In this document: in pieces, positions 1 through 7,155 of the stretch
Position numbering within the stretch: position 1 is the stretch's first letter
Layout of the letters: every line of letters starts with the position of its first letter
UHGV virus genome: UHGV-1374310
DNA from: a virus
Direction: 5' to 3' (one strand)
Length of the DNA: 8,433 bases
Translations under genes and position numbers: made by a program
Notes under the pieces: generated by a model
What the model was told of the DNA's origin: nothing
The model's database searches: none
What the model saw: only the letters and a program-made list of their open reading frames with translations

Positions 1-2
1 TA

Positions 3-377
3 TCCGACAATAAGAATCCCGAAGAACATCAGAGACATTCCCCAGCCAGTTCCATACCACGAAACCATATCATCGAAAACCAGCCCACCCGTTTCACGAA
101 CTCCGGCAGCTTCCTTAAGAATTGGCTTGAATACCGGAATCAGAAGGGCGATCGCCAGTGGAGCACCCCAGCGAATAAGGCCAGTTTCCATTTTGATCCC
201 GAAAAAGATCCCCGCACCGACAACAAGCAGCCAGACTATCAGGCCAGGCGCAGTTTCCAGTGCTGTTTGCCATTCAACATCGAAAGTTTTCATTAGCCAG
301 GCAACAACTGCCAGACAGAAAGCAAATACGCCTACAACAACCAGTTCAACGCCGCTTGTTTCGTTATTTCTACTCAT
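3..377 (-). CDS. Hypothetical integral membrane protein, C-terminus cut by the window edge (at least 125 aa)
   Basis: Minus-strand ATG at 377-375 preceded by AGGA (6 nt spacing); my translation MSRNNETSGVELVVVGVFAFCLAVVAWLMKTF...GMSLMFFGILIVG has several hydrophobic segments and no stop before position 3. Absent from the ORF track, presumably because it has no in-window stop. Confidence 0.5.
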   Translation of the reverse strand, partial: MSRNNETSGVELVVVGVFAFCLAVVAWLMKTFDVEWQTALETAPGLIVWLLVVGAGIFFGIKMETGLIRWGAPLAIALLIPVFKPILKEAAGVRETGGLVFDDMVSWYGTGWGMSLMFFGILIVG

Positions 378-420
378 CCTTTTGATCCTTTGTTGCTGTT
401 CAAAATCCGCACAATAAAGA

Positions 421-447
421 ACGTGCAGTGTAGGTAATACTGCACGT
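421..447. promoter_or_regulatory. Perfect inverted repeat ACGTGCAGT-9 nt-ACTGCACGT, next to a second 6-bp-arm palindrome GTACCA-TTCG-TGGTAC (450-465); operator or terminator/attenuator
   Basis: Arms 421-429 and 439-447 are exact reverse complements. It lies between the stop of the small minus-strand gene (466) and the start of the membrane-protein gene (377), and on the minus-strand transcript is followed by UCUUUAUU. Confidence 0.4.
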
Positions 448-465
448 TTGTACCATTCGTGGTAC

Positions 466-648
466 TTAATCCTTTTGTTTGGCAGACATGAGATCTTCTG
501 CTGCATCTTTAGAGTAGTTATCAATCAGATAACCTAAAATCTCTGTCCATGTAATTGTTTTTCCTAGTTTTACACTGGCATTTATAGCCAGTCGTTCTAG
601 TTTCATTTTTCTTTCTTCCGTCACGTTATAAGTCGTGCGCTTTGCCAT
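466..648 (-). CDS. Small (60 aa) putative DNA-binding transcriptional regulator, ribbon-helix-helix-like; candidate phage repressor
   Basis: ORF track protein MAKRTTYNVTEERKMKLERLAINASVKLGKTITWTEILGYLIDNY...; size and a strand-helix-helix-like pattern; it sits upstream of and opposite to gII, the position of rstR in CTXphi. SD is weak. Fold assignment is inference. Confidence 0.5.
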   Translation of the reverse strand: MAKRTTYNVTEERKMKLERLAINASVKLGKTITWTEILGYLIDNYSKDAAEDLMSAKQKD

Positions 649-695
649 TTTTTACGCTCGTTCAATGCAATATTTGAAGTGAGTATACATGCTCA

Positions 696-775
696 TGAAC
701 TCATATCATCCAATCCTCTTGAACTCACTAGCTCACTGGTGTAATGTTAAAACACTAATGAACTACTGAACTCAT
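696..775. promoter_or_regulatory. Control region upstream of gII: four direct repeats of TGAACTCA(T/C)/TGAACTAC and a candidate sigma70 promoter
   Basis: TGAACTCAT at 696-704, TGAACTCAC at 720-728, TGAACTACT at 759-767, TGAACTCAT at 767-775. Candidate -35 TTGAAC (719-724) and -10 TAATGT (742-747) with 17-bp spacing; one repeat overlaps the -35. Confidence 0.4.
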
Positions 776-817
776 GTGTTAGTAAGTCATCATTTTTGTA
801 ATTTTGAGGATTTATTC

Positions 818-1870
818 GTGATCGATTGGCTTACCGGGATTTTCCCTTGCACACACAAACCGCTTCCGGCGGGGAGTGTTGTCAGCGTTGATGCTGACGG
901 TGCAATTGAGTGGGAAACCGTTAAGCGACTGACTGTTCGCGGTTCGCATGAAGCAACGATGAAAGTACGATCGATAGGATCTAATGGCGAAGGTAAAGCG
1001 ACACATTTGTACATTGATGGTAATCCTTCCAAGTTTCTGCAGGGGCATTCTGTTGTTGGGTCGGATGATATACAAGGGCTCATGTTGACGGTCTATGCCA
1101 GGATTTTATCCTTATTGAATATTCCTCATGATTTAGCGTCTTATAAAGCCGTTATGGCAGGTCAGTATAAAATTTCACGTATTGACATTAATTACATGTA
1201 TTCATTATCTACGCTGGAAAATGTCAGATCATGGCTTTATGCCGCCGAATTTAAAGCTAAAACACGCCATGGTCGCGCATGTGGGAAAGGCGGTACAGTT
1301 TATTTAGGTAAAAACTCCCGTCGATGGAGTCTGAAATTTTATTCAAAATATGATGAACACGTTTCTGGTAAAAAAGGGCACCAGATAGCCGAAGAGTTTG
1401 TACGAGCCGGGTTACTGGACTGGACGAAAGATAAATTACGTATTGAATTAACATTAAGAACAACTGAGCTTATTGATTTAAATTTAACGCTTGGCGCTAA
1501 CTGGAATATGAAAACACCACGTCAATTATTCTCTGAATATGTAGGGAGAATAGAAATGAATCAGAATGCTATTTTAAGTGATGAAAAAATAACGAAACTG
1601 CCAAGAAAAATACAGTCAACTTATTTACTTTGGAAACAAGGGGCTAACATGAAAGAAATGTTACCTCATAACACTTTTTATCGCCATAGAAGAGAATTGC
1701 TTTCGTTCGGTATCGATATTAATTTCTATTGTGATTCACCAGACTCTAATAACGTTGTTCCGCTAATAAGAACGCTGGAAGCCAAGCCAGCGGAAATCCC
1801 CTTATGGATTTATGAGAAAGGTTTTATTTTCGATTACAACCGTATTTCGCACGCCAGTAGCTGGCATTAA
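818..1870 (+). CDS. gII: Replication initiation protein pII (rolling-circle nickase)
   Basis: Recalled M13 pII aligns: VIDWLTGIFPC vs MIDMLVLRLPF at the N-terminus, KFLQGHSVVG vs KVLQGHNVFG, SRIDINY vs SRIDATF, NNVVPLIR vs NNVVPLVR. Start set at GTG 818 (GAGGA at 806-810, 7 nt spacing); the track's GTG at 776 is an upstream extension. Confidence 0.9.
   Translation: MIDWLTGIFPCTHKPLPAGSVVSVDADGAIEWETVKRLTVRGSHEATMKVRSIGSNGEGKATHLYIDGNPSKFLQGHSVVGSDDIQGLMLTVYARILSLLNIPHDLASYKAVMAGQYKISRIDINYMYSLSTLENVRSWLYAAEFKAKTRHGRACGKGGTVYLGKNSRRWSLKFYSKYDEHVSGKKGHQIAEEFVRAGLLDWTKDKLRIELTLRTTELIDLNLTLGANWNMKTPRQLFSEYVGRIEMNQNAILSDEKITKLPRKIQSTYLLWKQGANMKEMLPHNTFYRHRRELLSFGIDINFYCDSPDSNNVVPLIRTLEAKPAEIPLWIYEKGFIFDYNRISHASSWH
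1508..1870 (+). CDS. gX: pX, in-frame internal initiation product of gII (predicted by analogy with Ff)
   Basis: Internal ATG at 1508 gives a 120-aa C-terminal product; the NNVVPL motif falls at about the same distance from this Met as in M13 pX (111 aa). No strong SD; call is by analogy. Confidence 0.45.
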   Translation: MKTPRQLFSEYVGRIEMNQNAILSDEKITKLPRKIQSTYLLWKQGANMKEMLPHNTFYRHRRELLSFGIDINFYCDSPDSNNVVPLIRTLEAKPAEIPLWIYEKGFIFDYNRISHASSWH

Positions 1871-1881
1871 AGGAAAGTAAT

Positions 1882-2199
1882 ATGTCTAATTATGGTCTTT
1901 TCGTTAAGGGTAAAATGTTGGGAGCCCGCCAACGTAATAAAGTTAATGGTCAGGGCTATTATAATGAAATTGGTATTGGCCTTGAAATACCTGATGGTTT
2001 TGGTGGTACAAAGCAGGATCAAATTATTATTCGAGTTTCTCAGGCTCTCGTTAACGCAGGTCTAATGAACCAGGCGAATGCTTTCATTGGGAAATTAGTT
2101 CAAATTCCTGTCTATGTCCGTGCGTGGTCAATGGAGGGTAGGGAAGGTGTAACTTATAATGTTGCTTCCGATGGTGGCATCGCAGAGATCAAAGGTTAA
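1882..2199 (+). CDS. gV: Single-stranded DNA-binding protein (gV-like, divergent, 105 aa)
   Basis: Position directly after gII with SD AGGAA (1871-1875). Only a short stretch ARQRNKVNGQGYYNEIGIGLE resembles the DNA-binding region of M13 pV (TRSGVSRQGKPYSLNEQLCYVDL) and Pf3 SSB; the rest is not recognisably alignable by eye. Confidence 0.65.
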   Translation: MSNYGLFVKGKMLGARQRNKVNGQGYYNEIGIGLEIPDGFGGTKQDQIIIRVSQALVNAGLMNQANAFIGKLVQIPVYVRAWSMEGREGVTYNVASDGGIAEIKG

Positions 2200-2201
2200 A
2201 T

Positions 2202-2288
2202 ATGGACGATGTTATTCAAATTTTGATAGCGTCTGGCATCGTTATTTCTTTTGGCCTCGGCGCGATTACTGCGGGGGTCTTTCGTTAA
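2202..2288 (+). CDS. gVII: Minor coat protein pVII (28 aa)
   Basis: ATG 2 nt after the gV stop with SD AAAGG; translation MDDVIQILIASGIVISFGLGAITAGVFR resembles M13 pVII (MEQVADFDTIYQAMIQISVVLCFALGIIAGGQR) in size, hydrophobicity and C-terminus. Not in the ORF track because it is too short. Confidence 0.7.
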   Translation: MDDVIQILIASGIVISFGLGAITAGVFR

Positions 2289-2383
2289 TGTATATCGTTT
2301 ATTTCTTCGGGGCTTATACCTTTGGTTTTGCCCTTTTCTATGCGGTCGGTTCATTTAAATCATTTTCTGACCGATTAATGTAA
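2288..2383 (+). CDS. gIX: Minor coat protein pIX (31 aa)
   Basis: ATG overlaps the gVII stop (TAATG); translation MYIVYFFGAYTFGFALFYAVGSFKSFSDRLM matches M13 pIX in size and the ...RLM ending. The track's 2159-2383 ORF is an artefactual extension of this frame. Confidence 0.7.
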   Translation: MYIVYFFGAYTFGFALFYAVGSFKSFSDRLM

Positions 2384-2402
2384 CCTTAATGGAGTTATTC
2401 CT

Positions 2403-2645
2403 ATGAAAATTCTGTCTACTGTTAAATATAAAATTGCTCTGGCTTCAACTGCGCTTTTTATTTCTGCAAGTTCTTTTGCGGCTGAAGGCGCTACAGGTGG
2501 TACTGATTATGCAGGTCAGGCAATGGATGCTTTGTTGACTCAGGCAAATGATCTCATTGGTAAAGTATGGCCTGTTGTTGTTGCTGTGGTTGGCGCTGGG
2601 CTTGCCATTCGTATTTTCAAAAAATTCTCTTCAAAAGCGGTTTGA
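2403..2645 (+). CDS. gVIII: Major coat protein pVIII precursor (IKe-like)
   Basis: 26-aa signal peptide ending SFA then AEG; mature C-terminus ...[26 protein letters not shown] is close to the IKe coat C-terminus (...[11 protein letters not shown]) as recalled. SD GGAG at 2391-2394. Confidence 0.95.
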   Translation: MKILSTVKYKIALASTALFISASSFAAEGATGGTDYAGQAMDALLTQANDLIGKVWPVVVAVVGAGLAIRIFKKFSSKAV

Positions 2646-2655
2646 ATTTCACTCA

Positions 2656-2678
2656 GGGGCACTCGTTGCCCCTTTATT
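2656..2678 (+). terminator. Rho-independent terminator after gVIII
   Basis: Stem GGGGCA (2656-2661) / TGCCCC (2667-2672) with loop CTCGT, followed by TTTATT; same position as the strong terminator after gVIII in Ff phages. Confidence 0.7.
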
Positions 2679-2691
2679 AAAGCGGGTTACT

Positions 2692-3951
2692 ATGAGAAGG
2701 AAAATATTAATTCTTTCCGCTGTCCTCATTTCTCCTTTTTCACATGCTGAGTCATGGGAAAGCATTACTAAATCCACTTATCAAAGTTCTGCCTATGCTG
2801 AAAGTAAGCAAATAACCAATCAGGATGGCTCTAAGATAACGGTTTACTATATTGATGCTGCTATGCAGGCCTCCGCTTGTCAGGGTGCTAAATCCAGTGC
2901 TCAGAGTGTATTTACTCGGATTAAACCAACTTATGAGGGTATCTGGCCTGATTCTGAATTCCGTCTTGTTTTTACTGGCGATTGTACTTACAGCGATTCA
3001 CCAGGGCAGAAGGATAAATATTGGTCTTTAACGGCTTATATTGTTGGTAATATTCAGCGTTCTGTTCCTGATGAAAAACCTACTGACCCGACACCAGAAG
3101 AAATTTGTGAAGCGAAGCCGCCAGAAGAAGGTGTATTTAATAATGTTGATTCATATGATGGTGGTCGCTATATCTACTATAACGGCTGTGAATATGAGGC
3201 TACTGGTGTCATTGTTTGTCAGGGTGATGGTACTGTTTGCGCTGCAACATGGAAGCCTACAGGTGCTGTAGCTGACCCCTCTGATAAACCCTCAACCCCC
3301 CAAAATGGTGGTGGTGAGTCCGGTGGTGGTGAGTCCGGTGGTGGTGAGTCTGGCGGTGGTGAGTCCGGTGGCGGTAGTTCTGGCGGTAGTTCTGGCGGTA
3401 GTTCTGGCGGTGGCTCTAGTGGTTCCAGTCTTTCTAAAGGTGATATTCAGTCTGCGATCGAAGGTGCTTCACCCAAAATAGCCAGCGATATTCATGATAA
3501 ATTAACGGAGAAAGACACTTCATCAGATGATAAAAAAAATGCCGATGAACAAACCAGGAATAATATAAATCGTCTTGACGATTCCATTAACAATCTTACG
3601 CGGGGGGCTGGCCGTTTTGCTGACCCTTCAGGTGGTGATTCTCGTTATGGAAAGGGCGACTCTGAATTAGATGGCGCTTCTACTTTAGCTGATTCTGAAT
3701 TGGGAATTGAAAAGGATTCTCACGGTGCTTTATGGGAAGCATTTTTAAATAAAGGTGCTATGCTGCCTAATTTACCCAATGGTAACGGCTGCTCTGATTT
3801 TATTATTTTTCCCGGAGAGGTTTATCAGATTGATATTGGTTGCGATAAATTACTGACTATTAAAGATGTTCTTTCATGGGTTTTTTATTGCCTTACGTTC
3901 TGGTATGTCTTTACTTCTTTAACTTCATTGCTTCGCAAAGGGGGTGAGTGA
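2692..3951 (+). CDS. gIII: Minor coat / adsorption protein pIII
   Basis: Signal peptide [19 protein letters not shown]; internal motif [29 protein letters not shown] resembles the M13 N1 (TolA-binding) motif YEGCLWNATGVVVCTGDETQCYGTWVPIG; glycine-rich linker (GGGES x4 then SSGG units); C-terminal anchor [21 protein letters not shown]...[14 protein letters not shown] resembles the M13 pIII C-terminus. The track's start at 2548 is an N-terminal over-extension. Confidence 0.9.
   Translation: MRRKILILSAVLISPFSHAESWESITKSTYQSSAYAESKQITNQDGSKITVYYIDAAMQASACQGAKSSAQSVFTRIKPTYEGIWPDSEFRLVFTGDCTYSDSPGQKDKYWSLTAYIVGNIQRSVPDEKPTDPTPEEICEAKPPEEGVFNNVDSYDGGRYIYYNGCEYEATGVIVCQGDGTVCAATWKPTGAVADPSDKPSTPQNGGGESGGGESGGGESGGGESGGGSSGGSSGGSSGGGSSGSSLSKGDIQSAIEGASPKIASDIHDKLTEKDTSSDDKKNADEQTRNNINRLDDSINNLTRGAGRFADPSGGDSRYGKGDSELDGASTLADSELGIEKDSHGALWEAFLNKGAMLPNLPNGNGCSDFIIFPGEVYQIDIGCDKLLTIKDVLSWVFYCLTFWYVFTSLTSLLRKGGE
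3307..3429 (+). repeat. In-frame tandem repeats inside gIII (15-bp GGTGGTGGTGAGTCC units, then 12-bp GGCGGTAGTTCT units) encoding the Gly/Ser/Glu linker
   Basis: Directly visible near-identical tandem units with wobble-position variation. Confidence 0.85.
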
Positions 3952-4292
3952 TGCCTTTATTATTAGGTATTCCTGCATTGTTGCGTTTTCTTATTGGTCT
4001 TGTTCCTTTGTTTATTGGCTATGTGGCGGTTTTTTTAGCTCGACTTGCTACCAGAACAGGATTAATCGCCTTTGCATTGGTCGCATTAATTACAACAACT
4101 GTTACGCTTTTAATGCAGTACCTTGCTGAGGTCATGTATAACGGTTTACCTGCTGATTTCTCCCATTTAATGGCGTCTGTATTGCCTGACCATTTTCAGG
4201 CGTGTGTTAACGTTATTATGGTTACTCGTATCAGTGTTTTTGTTTTCGATTTAAAACAAAAATTTCTTGATTATGCAAACAGGGTGATTTAA
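3951..4292 (+). CDS. gVI: Minor coat protein pVI
   Basis: ATG overlaps the gIII stop (TGATG); [17 protein letters not shown]... vs M13 MPVLLGIPLLLRFLGFL...; C-terminal ...VFVFDLKQKF resembles M13 ...IFIFDVKQKI. Confidence 0.9.
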   Translation: MPLLLGIPALLRFLIGLVPLFIGYVAVFLARLATRTGLIAFALVALITTTVTLLMQYLAEVMYNGLPADFSHLMASVLPDHFQACVNVIMVTRISVFVFDLKQKFLDYANRVI

Positions 4293-5387
4293 ATGGCGGT
4301 TTATGTAGTAACAGGCAAATTAGGCTCAGGCAAGACACTTGTTAGTGTTTCCAGAATACAGGAAAGACTTGCTAAGGGTTGTCCTGTTGCCACTAATCTT
4401 GATCTTAAATTGCATAATATGCCTATGGTTGGGCGTTATGCGAAAAAAACGCGCGTTATTCGCATTCCTGACAAGCCTTCATTAAATGATTTACTTGCTA
4501 TTGGTATTGGGAATACATCTTACGATGAATCCCGTAATGGCCTCCTTGTACTTGATGAATGTGGTACTTGGTTTAATTCCCGCTCATGGGGTGATAAAGA
4601 CAGACAACCTGTTATTGACTGGTTTTTACATGCCAGAAAATTAGGCTGGGATATTATATTTTTGATTCAGGATATTTCGATAATGGATAAGCAAGCTCGT
4701 CTGGCGCTTGCTGAGCATGTTGTTTATTGTCGCCGTTCAGATAAATTAAACATTCCTTTTGTTGGCTCCATTATGAATTTGGTTTCAGGGGCGAGATTTT
4801 CTTTACCAAAGGTACACTTTGGCATTGTCAAATATGGTGATAATGTTAATTCAATCACTGTTGATAAATGGATATATACAGGAAAATCTCTTTATTCTGC
4901 TTACAATACCAAACAAGCGTTCACAGATAATTATCCTCATGGCGCATTTTCGCTTTTGCCACCATTTATCACGCACGGTCAATTTTCTGTTCACAGAGGA
5001 TTTAATTATTATATGCGCCTCACTAAAATTTATTTTCGCAAATCGAACCGTCTTATATTAATGCTTTCTTTTTTGGCGCTGGGGCTTGCGTTTGGTTTCT
5101 GGCTCCAGTCTGGAAAGAATGTTGATGAAATCTCAGCTATTAAATCTGCTTATGCTGAACAGGCGAGGGCGGTAACGCCTGATTCGTCCAGTGACTTACC
5201 CCGACTTTCTATTAATTCTTTTTCACAACTTGGCTTTGACGTTTCCGTTACGTTTGTTGATGCAAAAGGTATGAAATATCAGTATTTTGATTTGATTAAA
5301 GATGGTTATTCCGTTGATATTAAAGATGCCTGTCGTGTTGTTATTAGAAAAGGCCGTTATTTACAGACTGTTACCTGTCAGGAGTAA
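4293..5387 (+). CDS. gI: Assembly ATPase pI (Zot-like), Walker A GKLGSGKT
   Basis: Strong similarity to recalled M13 pI throughout (MAVYVVTGKLGSGKTLVSV..., LLVLDECGTWFN, IDWFLHARKLGWDIIFL, AEHVVYCRR). ATG follows the gVI stop directly. Confidence 0.95.
   Translation: MAVYVVTGKLGSGKTLVSVSRIQERLAKGCPVATNLDLKLHNMPMVGRYAKKTRVIRIPDKPSLNDLLAIGIGNTSYDESRNGLLVLDECGTWFNSRSWGDKDRQPVIDWFLHARKLGWDIIFLIQDISIMDKQARLALAEHVVYCRRSDKLNIPFVGSIMNLVSGARFSLPKVHFGIVKYGDNVNSITVDKWIYTGKSLYSAYNTKQAFTDNYPHGAFSLLPPFITHGQFSVHRGFNYYMRLTKIYFRKSNRLILMLSFLALGLAFGFWLQSGKNVDEISAIKSAYAEQARAVTPDSSSDLPRLSINSFSQLGFDVSVTFVDAKGMKYQYFDLIKDGYSVDIKDACRVVIRKGRYLQTVTCQE
5013..5387 (+). CDS. gXI: pXI, in-frame internal initiation product of gI (predicted)
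   Basis: Internal Met at codon 241 of pI (MRLTKIYFRK...), the same codon position as the M13 pXI start (MKLTKIYLKK...), just before the transmembrane segment. Confidence 0.5.
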   Translation: MRLTKIYFRKSNRLILMLSFLALGLAFGFWLQSGKNVDEISAIKSAYAEQARAVTPDSSSDLPRLSINSFSQLGFDVSVTFVDAKGMKYQYFDLIKDGYSVDIKDACRVVIRKGRYLQTVTCQE

Positions 5388-5394
5388 TATTATT

Positions 5395-6660
5395 ATGCGC
5401 TCTGTTATTGTTGCTTTTTTATTTGCCTGTTCATTCTGCGTTTCTGCTGAAACTGTTAATTTAAATAATTCATCTGTTCGCTCATTTGTTCAGCGGTATT
5501 CTTCAAAAACTGGCAAGCCTGTTATTGTTAATCCTGATATTAAAGGAAACGTAACCGTATTTAATGCTGATGTTAATCCAACAAATATTGATGATTTCTT
5601 TAAGTCTGTTCTGAATGCTAACGGTTTTGTCATGCTTTCTGGCAATCCTGCGGTAGTCTCTTTGCCGTCTAAATTACCTTCACAGATGGTTTCGGATTCC
5701 GATGATTCTGATAACCAGTCTTATGATACTTTTCCTTCTGAGCCATCTTACCAGCCAGTACCTGTGGCGCTTACGGTCAGAAATTTTAAGCTGACAAAAG
5801 TTAGATCGTCCGATGTTCAGCAACTGATTAAAATTTATCTTGATTCTAATGGTGGTGGTAATGTCGTGGATTATCCAGGCAATAACTCGCTGATTGTTTC
5901 TGCGCCTGACGAGCTGCTGCCGGTTCTGTCCGATTTTATCAATTCTGTGGATGTTGCCCGCGATCAGGTTCTCATTCAGTCGCTGATGTTTGAAACCAGC
6001 TTGTCTGATGGCGTTGATTTATCGTTTGCGGCAGGTTCTGCATCCGGTCATAAGGTTGCGGGGGGCTTTAATACTTCTGCACTGGGTAGCGCTCTTTCTA
6101 CGGCGGGCGGTTCTTTTGGTATTTTTGATGGTAACGTGTTGGCGCTGTCTCTGCGTGCTGTCCAGAGTAATTCACGCTCTAAGGTGATTTCAACGCCGCG
6201 TATTCTTACTCAGTCTGGTCAGACTGGTTACATTTCCGTAGGTAAGAATGTGCCGTTTATCACCGGAAAGGTAACGGGCGAATCTGCCGGGGTAAATAAT
6301 CCGTTTCAGACTATCGAGCGTCATGATGTTGGCGTTTCTCTCAAGGTAACGCCTGTTGTCATGGGTAACGGGCAACTAGTTCTGACTATCGACACTCGCG
6401 CTGATTCAATCAGCAATGATGATCAGGCATCCGATATTATTACTAATCAGCGCCAGATTCAGACGACAGTCCAGATTAAGGATGGTCAGACGTTGTTATT
6501 GGGGGGGCTTATCGATTCATCGTTCAGCAATGCCGAGCGTTCAGTTCCAGTTATAAGTAAAATTCCTCTTATAGGCTGGATTTTCAGTAGCAAGGCAGAC
6601 AGCAATGAACAGCGTATTATGTATATTTTGCTTACAGCACATATCATTCGTCCACTTTGA
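5395..6660 (+). CDS. gIV: Outer-membrane secretin pIV precursor
   Basis: Signal peptide MRSVIVAFLFACSFCVSA; extensive similarity to recalled M13 pIV (LDFSFAAGS, GGSFGIF, PRILT.SGQ.G.ISVG.NVPFITG.VTGESA.VNNPFQTIER, TNQR.I.TTV...DGQTLLLGGL, SKIPLIG). SD AGGAG at 5380-5384. The track's start at 5302 is an over-extension overlapping gI. Confidence 0.95.
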   Translation: MRSVIVAFLFACSFCVSAETVNLNNSSVRSFVQRYSSKTGKPVIVNPDIKGNVTVFNADVNPTNIDDFFKSVLNANGFVMLSGNPAVVSLPSKLPSQMVSDSDDSDNQSYDTFPSEPSYQPVPVALTVRNFKLTKVRSSDVQQLIKIYLDSNGGGNVVDYPGNNSLIVSAPDELLPVLSDFINSVDVARDQVLIQSLMFETSLSDGVDLSFAAGSASGHKVAGGFNTSALGSALSTAGGSFGIFDGNVLALSLRAVQSNSRSKVISTPRILTQSGQTGYISVGKNVPFITGKVTGESAGVNNPFQTIERHDVGVSLKVTPVVMGNGQLVLTIDTRADSISNDDQASDIITNQRQIQTTVQIKDGQTLLLGGLIDSSFSNAERSVPVISKIPLIGWIFSSKADSNEQRIMYILLTAHIIRPL

Positions 6661-6703
6661 TGGATAGCGGGTAGGTGCGTGAGCCCTGCTCGCTATCCAT
6701 CAA
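6657..6703 (+). terminator. 13-bp-stem hairpin overlapping the gIV stop: terminator and/or packaging-signal-like element
   Basis: TTGATGGATAGCG (6657-6669) and CGCTATCCATCAA (6691-6703) are exact reverse complements with a 21-nt loop. Ff phages have the packaging-signal hairpin, which also acts as a terminator, in this position after gIV. No T-run follows. Confidence 0.5.
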
Positions 6704-6729
6704 ATGGACATTATTGATTGGGGTAACTA

Positions 6730-7038
6730 ATGGATTCTTATGGGATTTTATCTGCTCTGGCAGAACGAACGATTACAGCGGAAGAAGCAAAAACAATGAC
6801 ACTTGCAGCCAGAAGTTCTTCGGCTCAGGTAAATGAAGCATCACTTGCTCTGTTACTGATTGATAATACTCTGGATGCGATCAAAGCAGCTGCCAGTGAA
6901 GGGAAAGGATACACTTTACTTCCTTCTTATGAGATTTCTGTAAAAGCCATTGATTTAGCAGAAGAATTTTTAAGGAAACAATGCGGCTATGTTATTGATA
7001 ACCAGAATGGCGTAAGGACGGTCTATTGGTTTATATGA
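6730..7038 (+). CDS. Hypothetical protein (102 aa), accessory/cargo gene with no recognised family
   Basis: ORF track protein MDSYGILSALAERTITAEEAKTMTLAARSS...; starts about 27 nt after the hairpin; weak SD. Confidence 0.45.
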   Translation: MDSYGILSALAERTITAEEAKTMTLAARSSSAQVNEASLALLLIDNTLDAIKAAASEGKGYTLLPSYEISVKAIDLAEEFLRKQCGYVIDNQNGVRTVYWFI

Positions 7039-7155
7039 TAACCCCGGACAATGACAAAACTTGCTTTTGTTAGTGTCAGGGGTTGGCCAAGCCGAACAAT
7101 TCTGTTTTTTTAGCGTTATTGCTGATTCGGCGCGGCAGCATTACGAGGAGATAAA

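Noticed and set aside
127-417. Plus-strand 96-aa ORF from the track
   Set aside because: It lies entirely antisense to the better-supported minus-strand membrane-protein ORF (377 to 3, with SD) and has a low-complexity, proline/threonine-rich translation; likely a shadow ORF.
776-817. Upstream GTG extension of gII used by the ORF track
   Set aside because: Alignment with M13 pII and a GAGGA box place the start at GTG 818; the 776 start has no RBS.
790-1463. Minus-strand ORFs 790-1083, 812-1075 and 1257-1463
   Set aside because: Embedded antisense within gII, which has clear homology; no RBS; shadow ORFs.
2159-2383. 74-aa plus-strand ORF
   Set aside because: Frame artefact: it starts inside gV, runs across gVII in another frame, and is simply the gIX frame extended upstream; the real gene is gIX (2288-2383).
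2548-2691. N-terminal extension of gIII in the ORF track
   Set aside because: It overlaps the gVIII coding end and the terminator; the signal peptide begins at the Met at 2692.
3307-3429. Tandem short repeats, checked as a possible CRISPR or VNTR locus
   Set aside because: They are in-frame codon repeats encoding the pIII glycine-rich linker, with no spacer structure.
5302-5394. N-terminal extension of gIV in the ORF track
   Set aside because: It overlaps the gI 3' end; the typical signal peptide starts at the Met at 5395 with AGGAG upstream.
3041-6375. Internal alternative-frame ORFs 3041-3271, 3944-4129, 4819-5061, 5990-6187 and 6190-6375(-)
   Set aside because: All nested inside gIII, gVI, gI or gIV in other frames or antisense, with low-complexity translations; chance ORFs.
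7040-7155. Possible terminator or small hairpin between the two cargo genes (ACAAAACTTGCTTTTGT and a T-run at 7103-7111)
   Set aside because: The stem is short and AT-rich and the T-run is not directly preceded by a GC-rich hairpin; too weak to call.
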